From assembly GCA_044368015.1 (NCBI GenBank), contig JBIPLF010000002.1:25625-89624 (forward strand): DNA of 64,000 nucleotides. Reading direction: 5' to 3'. The translations under genes were made by a program, and so were the position numbers. Shown one piece after another: positions 55,123 through 63,148 of the stretch (within the stretch, counting starts at the first letter, position 1; each line of letters begins with the position of its first letter). The stretch is from Rickettsiales bacterium (lineage in GTDB: Bacteria > Pseudomonadota > Alphaproteobacteria > Rickettsiales > RI-342). The notes under the pieces are model-generated. The model was given only the letters and a program-made list of their open reading frames with translations, had not been told where the DNA came from and ran no database searches.

Positions 55123-55632
55123 CTATTGGGTAATAACCTGTATCCCCGTTAGGCTCGGTGGAAGCTGTTCGAACCCCACATCATCGGGGATCCGTTCCAC
55201 CGTGTACTCATTGCCACTCTGAAGGCCAACATAATGAAAATGATCTTGGTCTAGGTTGATAATATGGTAAAAATCCTGGATAGGGGTTGTGAAGGGAGTC
55301 ATCTTCCCCGTCTGTTCGCCTGAATGTCGCTGTGCTTCGGTGGCGTAGAGTGTGTCTTTGGCGAGCCACACACCATTTTCTTCCCAAGCCTCAACCCGGT
55401 GCCCTTGCGTGTCGACAACCAGAAACTGGACGTGATATGAACCATCCGCCGCACGGCGCATGATCCATTGCCGTGTGTTTCCTTCCTCTGTGCGCTGCGC
55501 GCCGTACCAGCTACCAACCAGTTCCGGGCGTATGCGTGGTTCATCCCTCGTCACCGCGTCGGGTTGGTGGACACAACCAGACACTGCGAAGGAACACCAG
55601 ACTAGAAGGCTGCTTAGGATTATCCAACGCAT
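55123..55632 (-). CDS. hypothetical lipoprotein
   Basis: Signal plus lipobox MRWIILSSLLVWCSFAVSG|C. 169 aa. Confidence 0.6.
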   Translation of the reverse strand: MRWIILSSLLVWCSFAVSGCVHQPDAVTRDEPRIRPELVGSWYGAQRTEEGNTRQWIMRRAADGSYHVQFLVVDTQGHRVEAWEENGVWLAKDTLYATEAQRHSGEQTGKMTPFTTPIQDFYHIINLDQDHFHYVGLQSGNEYTVERIPDDVGFEQLPPSLTGIQVITQ

Positions 55633-55643
55633 TGTTCGTTCCC

Positions 55644-56093
55644 CTACATATCTGTTTCTGTTGTCAGCAACTCCAGCATCGCGTCGAGCGCCAGCACATA
55701 GCCATGGCTGCCGAGTCCGCAGATCACCCCATCCGCCGCTTTGGACACATAGGAATGGTGGCGGAAGGGTTCGCGGTTGAAGATATTGGAAAGATGCACC
55801 TCAATTACCGGCAATCCGGCGGAAAGCAGCGCGTCGAGCAGCGCAATGGAGGTATGGGTATAGGCCCCGGCATTGAGGATAATCCCGGAAAAATTATCGC
55901 GGGCCTCCTGAATCCAGGTGACCAGTTCCCCCTCCAGATTGGATTGGCGGAAATCAATCGCCAGTCCAAGCCGGTCGGCGGCGATTTCGCATTTACTTTT
56001 CACGTCATCCAGCGTTTCATGGCCGTAAATCTCCGGCTCACGCGTGCCAAGCATGTTGAGATTCGGGCCATTGAGGATCAGAATAAAATGCAT
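55644..56093 (-). CDS. aroQ: type II 3-dehydroquinate dehydratase
   Basis: 149 aa with ILILNGPNLNMLGTREPEIYG and HLSNIFNREPFRHHS. Confidence 0.95.
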   Translation of the reverse strand: MHFILILNGPNLNMLGTREPEIYGHETLDDVKSKCEIAADRLGLAIDFRQSNLEGELVTWIQEARDNFSGIILNAGAYTHTSIALLDALLSAGLPVIEVHLSNIFNREPFRHHSYVSKAADGVICGLGSHGYVLALDAMLELLTTETDM

Positions 56094-56315
56094 TCCCTAC
56101 CTGTAGCACAGATTTGCATTCAGTTAAACGGTGAAGCCTACTGCATGCCGCTTTCGGCTCCCACCATCACCACGCTGCTCACCGAGCTGGAGCTGCTGCA
56201 CCACAAGCTGGCGGTAGAGTGGAATGGCGAGATCATCCCCCGCTCCTGCTTTGACACCACGCAGCTATCGGAAGGTGACCGGCTGGAGATCGTCCATTTT
56301 GTAGGGGGGGGGTGA
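56088..56315 (+). CDS. thiS: sulfur-carrier protein ThiS
   Basis: This is the C-terminal 75 codons of a longer tracked ORF: ...ICIQLNGEAYCM...VEWNGEIIPRSCFDTTQLSEGDRLEIVHFVGGG, with the C-terminal GG. The start is uncertain; the first ATG is at 56088. Confidence 0.8.
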   Translation: MHSLPVAQICIQLNGEAYCMPLSAPTITTLLTELELLHHKLAVEWNGEIIPRSCFDTTQLSEGDRLEIVHFVGGG

Positions 56316-56319
56316 GGGT

Positions 56320-56415
56320 GTCATGCTGAGCGTAGCGAAGCATCTCTCCATTTACGCAAACCTATCCGCGTTTTGCAAATGGGGAGATCCTTCGGGGTAA
56401 ACCCCTCAGGATGAC
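56320..56415. repeat. palindromic repeat, family A copy 5 (GTCATGCTGAG variant)
   Basis: gtcatgctgagcgtagcgaagcatctc...gagatccttcggggtaaacccctcaggatgac. It starts 5 nt after the thiS stop, between convergent genes. Confidence 0.8.
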
Positions 56416-56442
56416 GTTCCCAGACGGGCAGTAACGTCTCCT

Positions 56443-56988
56443 CTACTCCCCCGGTGAGGAGATGTGCAGCACATCGTAGGTTTGCACGCAGTCCGACGCG
56501 AGTGATGCGGGTGGCGCGTCCTCCCACACCCGGTAGCGCACCCATTCCCAACGGTCGGGGTCCAGCCCAATCGCCGCGAAATGCAATCCCGGCTCTTCCG
56601 CGCAGAGGCGTTTTTGCCGCGCCAGTTCCTCTGCTGCCCGTTCGTTTAAGGGGCCTGGCCCTACCGGATCGGCCTCCCGCGTAGCGATGCGCCCGGTGGT
56701 GGCTCGGCCCGTATCCAGAGCCAGCACGTTCCATTGCCGCACGCGGGGACGGTGGAAACTTTCGGTTACCCCTTTGAACAGGTCATTGAGCAGAAACGCC
56801 TGCGCCGCACTGGCGCTTTTCCAAATGTAGAACGGCGCGTATAACTGATCGGTCGCGGAAAACAAAAACGCCTTATGCAGCATACCCGGCAGGGCATCGA
56901 ACAATTCCTTGCGTGCCTGCACCCGCTCACGCGCATTCTCGCGGGTGAATTCCGGTGGTACGGCAATGGAATATTGCATGGCTAACAT
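56443..56988 (-). CDS. DUF4865-like hypothetical protein
   Basis: 181 aa. The N-terminus MLAMQYSIAVPPEF...LPGMLHKAFLF matches my memory of the DUF4865 family pattern (M.AMQY..LP.DY...). I could not verify this. Confidence 0.6.
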   Translation of the reverse strand: MLAMQYSIAVPPEFTRENARERVQARKELFDALPGMLHKAFLFSATDQLYAPFYIWKSASAAQAFLLNDLFKGVTESFHRPRVRQWNVLALDTGRATTGRIATREADPVGPGPLNERAAEELARQKRLCAEEPGLHFAAIGLDPDRWEWVRYRVWEDAPPASLASDCVQTYDVLHISSPGE

Positions 56989-57097
56989 CGAGAGAGTTGC
57001 TAGCCTAAAAGGGGAGGCAAAAGCAAGAGGTGAGGGCGTTTTGTGTCATTAAACGGTCATTTTTCTGTGTCATGGTACGGCAATCTGGGAGGAGCTT

Positions 57098-57424
57098 ATG
57101 CGTGTGAAGGTGCGTTTGGGGGTGGTGTGTGTGATGCTTGCCTCGGTAGTGGCGTCTGGTGCCATGGCCCATGGCGGGCGGGATGCGAATGGATGGCGCG
57201 ACCGCTACGAAGACCGTGGCGTGCGGGTGTGGGTGGACCCGTATCGCGCTCATGACCGGGATCGCCATCGGCGGCACCGCGATCGTGATCGCGACCGCGA
57301 AGATTGCGACCGGGACCGGGAACGTCCCCGCGAACGGATCGTTTATGATGAGCGCGGGCGGGTGTTGCGCGAAGTGCTGCCCGGTCGGTTTATGGCGGAG
57401 GTCGGCACGGGTAGCTGGCGTTAG
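57098..57424 (+). CDS. small secreted Arg/Asp-repeat protein
   Basis: A strong SD (GGGAGGAG) lies 5 nt upstream. Signal peptide MRVKVRLGVVCVMLASVVASGAMA. The core is DRDRHRRHRDRDRDREDCDRDRERPRER. Confidence 0.55.
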   Translation: MRVKVRLGVVCVMLASVVASGAMAHGGRDANGWRDRYEDRGVRVWVDPYRAHDRDRHRRHRDRDRDREDCDRDRERPRERIVYDERGRVLREVLPGRFMAEVGTGSWR

Positions 57425-57451
57425 GCGTCGTTTGCCGCTATAGCGGAAGGT

Positions 57452-58798
57452 ATGGAAACCCTCTCCCTTCCCGTCACCGATGCCGTGCTCACGGTCAGCG
57501 AACTGTCCTTTCGTTTGAAATCCGCCGTTGAAACGCAATTCGCGCAGGTGCAGGTGCGGGGCGAAGTCTCCGGATTGATGCGCGCTTCCTCCGGTCATGT
57601 TTATTGCGCGATCAAGGACGCCAATGCGGTGCTGGATGGCGTGTGCTGGCGGGGCAATGCGTCGCGCTTGCGGGCACCGTTTGAGAATGGCGTGGAGGTG
57701 ATTGCGCGGGGTAAGCTCTCCACCTATCCGGGGCGATCCAAATACCAGTTGATTATCGAATCGGCGGAACCGGCGGGCGTCGGCGCGCTGATGGCGTTGC
57801 TGGAGAAGCGCCGCAAGGCGTTGCAGGCGGAAGGGTTATTTGATCCCGCGCGCAAAAGGCCGCTACCGCTGTTGCCACAGGTGATTGGCATTGTCACCTC
57901 GCCCACTGGCGCGGTGATTCGCGACATCCTGCACCGGCTTGCGGATCGCTTCCCCCGGCATGTGCTGCTCTGGCCGGTGATGGTGCAGGGGGAGGGGGCC
58001 GCCGCTCAGATTGCCGCTGCGATTGAAGGGTTCAACGCCCTGCCGGAAGGCGGCGCGATTCCCCGTCCCGATGTGCTGATTGTGGCACGCGGGGGCGGTT
58101 CCATTGAGGATTTATGGGCATTTAATGAGGAGATCGTGGTGCGGGCGGCGGCGAACTCCCGCATTCCGCTGATTTCTGCTGTGGGCCACGAAACCGACAC
58201 CACCCTGGTTGATTTTGCGTCCGACCTGCGGGCCCCCACCCCCACCGCCGCTGCCGAGATGGTGGTGCCGGTGCGCGAGGACATGCTCTATACGGTGCAC
58301 CAGCATCAGCACCGGATGCGGCAGGCAATGCTGCGGGCGATCCAGATGCGCCGCGAACGGGTGGAGGGGCTGTCGCGGGGGCTTCCCAAGCCGCAGCAAT
58401 TGCTGGCGCTCGCTTGGCAACGCAGCGATGAATGGGGAAGCCGTATCCAGCGGGCCATGCAGTGGCGGCTCTCCCAGCAGCGCGAGCGGTTGGCCGGTTT
58501 TGCGCCCTCTCTGCAACCGCAGCGGATGGAGCGGAACCTGTTGCTGCAACGCGAGCGGCTGGACGCGCACGCACTCCGCTTACAACAAGCGGCGCAGCGG
58601 GGGGGTGCGCAAGCCACGCTACGCCTTTCCCAGACCGGAGCGTTGCTGGAAAGTTACCATTACACCAAAGTGTTGCAGCGTGGGTTTGCGCTGGTCAAAC
58701 ACCCGGATGGAGGCGTGATTCCCTCCCGGCAGGCCTTCCTTGCTTCCCCGAATGCGGTGCTGGAGTTCGCCGATGGGGAGGTTGTCATTAAAGCGTAA
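57452..58798 (+). CDS. xseA: exodeoxyribonuclease VII large subunit
   Basis: 448 aa with an OB-fold N-terminus (VRGEVSG...SGHVYCAIKD). IGIVTSPTGAVIRDILH and SAVGHETDTTL are present, followed by a long helical tail. Confidence 0.93.
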   Translation: METLSLPVTDAVLTVSELSFRLKSAVETQFAQVQVRGEVSGLMRASSGHVYCAIKDANAVLDGVCWRGNASRLRAPFENGVEVIARGKLSTYPGRSKYQLIIESAEPAGVGALMALLEKRRKALQAEGLFDPARKRPLPLLPQVIGIVTSPTGAVIRDILHRLADRFPRHVLLWPVMVQGEGAAAQIAAAIEGFNALPEGGAIPRPDVLIVARGGGSIEDLWAFNEEIVVRAAANSRIPLISAVGHETDTTLVDFASDLRAPTPTAAAEMVVPVREDMLYTVHQHQHRMRQAMLRAIQMRRERVEGLSRGLPKPQQLLALAWQRSDEWGSRIQRAMQWRLSQQRERLAGFAPSLQPQRMERNLLLQRERLDAHALRLQQAAQRGGAQATLRLSQTGALLESYHYTKVLQRGFALVKHPDGGVIPSRQAFLASPNAVLEFADGEVVIKA

Positions 58799-58848
58799 CA
58801 TTGCGACTGCTATGCTGAGACCTATACAGAGCGGGGAGGCATCCGGTT

Positions 58849-60281
58849 ATGTACAGCATTATCGGCGGAGGGTTAGGCGGGCTTGTCACCGCCTATGAAT
58901 TGGCGAAAGAGGGCGTTCCTTGCGCGTTATACGAGGCCAAGGCGCAATGCGGCGGGCGCATCCTCACCGATACGCGCTATACCAAAAACGGCCAGTTCGT
59001 CGAAAAAGGGGGCGAATTTATTGATAGCGAGGAGGTGCATCCCGCCATGCATCGCCTGGTACAGGAATTGGGCGTGGAGCTGGAGGACATCAAAACCGGG
59101 CGCGGTGAAGATGAATATTTTGTGCAGGGCGTTGCCCATTCGGCGGAAGAGGTCACGGCGACCTTGCGCCCCTTGATGCAACGCCTGCAGATGGATCTGG
59201 AGCAGGCGCAGGCCGATCCCGCCTTCCGTCTGCACTCGATCAACTCTCCATTGCGGCCTATGTGGAGGCACGCGCACAGGAAGTGGGGCTGAACCCCGCC
59301 TATGCGACGCTGCTCTGCAATGCCTATAAGGGTGAGAACGGCTTGGCAGCAGAAGATCAGTCTGCACTTAATCTCTTGTATCAGATGGCGCCTAACCCTG
59401 ACCAGACCTTTCATATGTTGGGCGAGAGCGACGAGCGCTACCGTGCCAAGGGGGGCAATGGGGCGATCATTACAGCACTCATGCAAGCCTTGCAGCCTTT
59501 TGTGGAGAGCGGATTGGTCCAGATTCACAACGGCTATGCCTTGCAGCATGTGGAGCCGATGGGAGAGGGGTATCAGCTCGATTTTACCAATGGCACCAGC
59601 GTGCAGGCGGAGGCCGTCAATTTTGCCATTCCCTTTTCGGTGTTGCGTGGCATCGATGGCATTGATTCTATTGGGATGTCGGAGGAGAAGATTGCCGATA
59701 TTCAAGGCCTTGGCTACGGGTTGCACACCAAGCTTTCCTTTAAGATCAAGGATCTTTCCTGGAAGACAGATCAGGAGGTGGCATTTGGGCCGCTCAACGG
59801 CACCATGTATAGCACGGAATCCTATCTTCAGAACTTCTGGGTGTCGCATTGGGATCCGGAAGCGCAGGAAGGCGTGTTGACGTTCTTAATCGGCGCGCCG
59901 GAATCACTGGAATCGGGGCTGGCAGCCAAGTGCCGTGCGTCCTTTGCGCAACTGGTGGGGCGGTCGGAGGAGGCGCTGTTTGCCGAAATGCAACCGATCA
60001 GCGCACAGCGATGGCATAGCGATGGCCATGCGAAGGGGAGTTACTGTTGTCCGAAGCCCGGCCAGTTTACCACCTTTCTGATGCAGGCGATGTCGCCGGA
60101 ATGCGGGGGGGCGATCAGCTTCACCGGCGAGCATACCGGAGGCGAAGGCTACGGATTTGCCAATGCGGCAGTGGAATCCGGATACCGTGAGGCAGAGCGG
60201 GTGGTGGCGCGGCTTGCCACACGCCATGTTGCGGATGTGGCGGGATTAACGGCAATTCAGACAGAACAACGGGTGCGTTAG
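58849..60281 (+). pseudogene. flavin-containing amine oxidase, interrupted by a frameshift near 59225-59240
   Basis: ORF1 (58849-59292) reads MYSIIGGGLGGLVTAYELAKEG...EAKAQCGGR (a GxGxxG dinucleotide fold). Its natural continuation ...ALDQLSIAAYVEARAQEVGLNP... is in the -1 frame and runs to 60281 (...FTGEHTGGEGYGFANAAVESG). Confidence 0.7.
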
Positions 60282-60294
60282 GCGCCGTTCCGAT

Positions 60295-60336
60295 CCTATA
60301 GCGTTTTCGCTTTTTTCTCGGACGAGGCGTGCGAGG
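60295..60336. repeat. 42-bp repeat, family D copy 2
   Basis: cctatagcgttttcgcttttttctcggacgaggcgtgcgagg resembles 30433-30474. Confidence 0.65.
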
Positions 60337-60388
60337 CGATGTGTAGTCAACCTATAACGTCTTCTAATGATTGTCAGACTCTTCTTCA

Positions 60389-60529
60389 CCCCTCCCTGAA
60401 TGGGAGGGGTCGGAATCGTGCACGATTCCGGGGGAGGGTGATTCTTTACGTCACCCCCTCCCGGTCTCGCTGGCGATTCGCCATACTGGCTCACGCTGCT
60501 CGCCGACCTCCCCCATCAAGGGGGAGGTG
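60389..60529. repeat. about 150-bp repeat, family C copy 2
   Basis: cccctccctgaatgggaggggtcggaatcgtgcacgattccgggggagggtga...ctcgccgacctcccccatcaagggggaggtg. It matches 18328-18479 block by block. Confidence 0.8.
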
Positions 60530-60654
60530 TAAACACACAAACCGTCTGATAAAAATAGGAAATGCTATACATGAGACGAAGCACAACGCAGTCTGAGGAA
60601 GAATGGGAAATGCTATAGCTCGACTTTTGCCTCCCATTCAGGCATGAAGGGTGA

Positions 60655-62352
60655 ATGCTCGCACTTTTGCTGAATCCCGGAATGGTGCTGATATTGGCGG
60701 GGCTGGTGATGCCGTTTTTGCCGCGCCTGTTTGGTGCGCCGCTGTTGTTGCTGGTCCCATTGCTAACCCTATGGCAGATCGCCCAGTTTGGGGCCGGGTT
60801 TGCGCTCCAGAATGGCTGGTACGGCACCACGCTGCTGCCGGTAGATTTAGGCCCGTTTTCGAGGATCTTTTCGGTAGCCTTCTGTCTGGTCGCCTGGGGG
60901 GGCGGGCTGTTTGGCTGGCATCGCCACCGCACAGACGAGCTGGGGATCGGGTTTGCCTATGCCGGGGCTGCCGTGATGCTGGTGACGGTGGGCGACTGGC
61001 TGCATTTCGTGATTGCCTGGGAACTGATGGCCCTTGCTGCTTACGGGTTGATCCGGCAGGGAGGGACGGAAGCCTCGAGCGGCGCGGCGCGGCGCTATTT
61101 ACTGCTGCATCTGGTGGGAGGCGTGCTGCTGGTACTGGGGGCGATCGGCTGGGTGCAAAGCGGCAACACCCTGCTGCTGACGACGATAGATATGGCATCG
61201 CTCAGCGGGGCGGAGCGTTTCTATGCCGCGCTGATTCTGGCGAGCCTGTTGCTGCATGTGGCCGCCCCTCCCTTCTCGGCCTGGGTGGCGGATGCCTATC
61301 CGGAAAGCTCGCCTTCGGGGATGGTGTTTCTGTCGGCGCTCACCACCAAGGCGGCGGTGTTTGCGTTGATGCGCCTGTTTCCGGGAACAGAATTGCTGCT
61401 GTGGCTGGGGCTGTTCATGATCGCCTACGGGATTGTGTATGCGCTGCTGGAAAATGATCTGCGGCGGATTCTCGCCTATAGTATTGTGAATCAGGTGGGT
61501 TTCATGCTGGTGGGGATCGGGATCGGTTCCGAGCTGGCGTTGCTGGGGGTGGCGGCCCATGCCTTCTGCCATATCCTGTATAAAAGCCTGCTGGTGATGT
61601 CGGCAGGCGCGGTGTGGGAGGCAACGAATGAGCGCCGCTGCACGCATCTGGGGGGGCTGTATCGCTCCATGCCCTGGACAACGGCCGCCGCACTGGTGGG
61701 GGGGCTGGCGATTTCCGCCTTTCCGCTCACTGCCGGGTTTATCAGCAAATCCCTGATTGTGGAATCGGCGCATCAGGAGGGGATGCGATGGGTGTTCTGG
61801 GGGCTGATGGCGGGTTCGGCAGGGGTGTGCTTGCATGCCGGTGTAAAATTCCCGTGGTTTGTGTTTTTCCAGCGCGATAGCGGCTTGCGGCCTGCCGACC
61901 CGCCCTGGACGGCGCGGCTGGCGATGCTCGGTTTCGCGATGCTGGCGCTGGTGCCGGGATGGTTTCCTCACCTGTTTTATCATGCGCTATTGCCGGTGAT
62001 GCCGTTCTATCAGCCCTATACGGTGCCGCATGTGTTGGACCAGCTCTTGCTGCTGCTGGCGTCGGGGCTGATGTTCTTCCTGCTGCTGCCCTGGCTGAAG
62101 CGGACCGATACGCGCACCCGCGATATGGATGGCTGGTATCGCGGCGGCATCGTGCGGATGCTTGTCGCGATGGCGGAAGCCTGTCTGCGGGCGGTGGCCG
62201 TCACTGAGCGGGGCGTGCGGCGTAGCGGCGAGGCGGTTTGGTCGCATGCGGTTCCCCGGCTCTTACGCAGCATGGAGTGGCGTCCCGCATTGCTGATAGG
62301 CGCGCTCTCCTGTTTGTGGGTGCTGCTATTCTGGCACGAAATCAAACGTTAA
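60655..62352 (+). CDS. proton-conducting membrane transporter subunit (NuoL/M/N - MrpD/MnhD family), solitary
   Basis: 565 aa with about 14 or more transmembrane segments. Family-typical blocks include FVIAWELMALAAY, LLHVAAPPFSAWVADAYPESSPSG and ILAYSIVNQVGFM. No partner subunits lie adjacent. Confidence 0.8.
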   Translation: MLALLLNPGMVLILAGLVMPFLPRLFGAPLLLLVPLLTLWQIAQFGAGFALQNGWYGTTLLPVDLGPFSRIFSVAFCLVAWGGGLFGWHRHRTDELGIGFAYAGAAVMLVTVGDWLHFVIAWELMALAAYGLIRQGGTEASSGAARRYLLLHLVGGVLLVLGAIGWVQSGNTLLLTTIDMASLSGAERFYAALILASLLLHVAAPPFSAWVADAYPESSPSGMVFLSALTTKAAVFALMRLFPGTELLLWLGLFMIAYGIVYALLENDLRRILAYSIVNQVGFMLVGIGIGSELALLGVAAHAFCHILYKSLLVMSAGAVWEATNERRCTHLGGLYRSMPWTTAAALVGGLAISAFPLTAGFISKSLIVESAHQEGMRWVFWGLMAGSAGVCLHAGVKFPWFVFFQRDSGLRPADPPWTARLAMLGFAMLALVPGWFPHLFYHALLPVMPFYQPYTVPHVLDQLLLLLASGLMFFLLLPWLKRTDTRTRDMDGWYRGGIVRMLVAMAEACLRAVAVTERGVRRSGEAVWSHAVPRLLRSMEWRPALLIGALSCLWVLLFWHEIKR

Positions 62353-62421
62353 GTATCGTTACTCCCGCGGTTTTTGGCATAATTCGGTTTACTTTGTCCT
62401 TCCCCCTGCGTAAGAACAAGG

Positions 62422-63138
62422 ATGGATTGTTGTGGTCTGTTAAGGGAGAGCGTTCGCGTGCAAGATGCCGCTATGCCATTGCGGGAACAGATGGTGCACA
62501 GTCAGCTGCTGACCAATAAGCTGCTGGATGTGCGTCTGGTGCGTGCCTTCACCCGGATGCCGCGGGAGAAGTTCGTTCCCGCTGGTTTTCGGGCCACAGC
62601 CTATGCCGATCGCGCCATTCCGCTGGCAGAGCTGATGGGTAAGGGCAGCGATTGCAACCGGGTGATGCTGGAGCCGATGGTGCTTGCCCGCCTGTTGCAG
62701 GCCGCTGAGATTGTAGATGGCGACCGGGTGCTGGTGATTGGGTGTGGCAGTGGTTATGCTCCGGCGATTGTGCGGCAGGTCACGCGGTTTGTGTTTGCGG
62801 TGGAGGATAACGAGATTCTGGCCTCACGTGCGACCTCTGCCTGGCGGGCGCTTGGGATTCACGATATCGACATGTATATTGGTGCGCTGGAAGCGGGTTG
62901 CGAAAATGAACAGCCGTTTGACGCCATCTGCGTCTGTGGCGGTGTGGACGAGATTCCGGAGGCGCTGTTCCTGCAATTGCGCGAGATGGGCCGTCTGGTT
63001 GCGGTGCAACTGGAAGAGGGTGTGGGACGCTGTGTGGTGTATCGCAAACATCGCGGGCAGGTGTCGCGGTGGGTCGTGTGCGATGCAACGGCGCGTCTGC
63101 TGCCTGGGTTTGAACGTAAAGAGACTTTTATCTGGTAA
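62422..63138 (+). CDS. pcm: protein-L-isoaspartate O-methyltransferase family protein
   Basis: FTRMPREKFVP, the VLVIGCGSGYAPAIV SAM motif and adjacency to tolC support the call. The start is possibly the internal ATG at 62473. Confidence 0.85.
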   Translation: MDCCGLLRESVRVQDAAMPLREQMVHSQLLTNKLLDVRLVRAFTRMPREKFVPAGFRATAYADRAIPLAELMGKGSDCNRVMLEPMVLARLLQAAEIVDGDRVLVIGCGSGYAPAIVRQVTRFVFAVEDNEILASRATSAWRALGIHDIDMYIGALEAGCENEQPFDAICVCGGVDEIPEALFLQLREMGRLVAVQLEEGVGRCVVYRKHRGQVSRWVVCDATARLLPGFERKETFIW

Positions 63139-63148
63139 CGAGGGTAAC

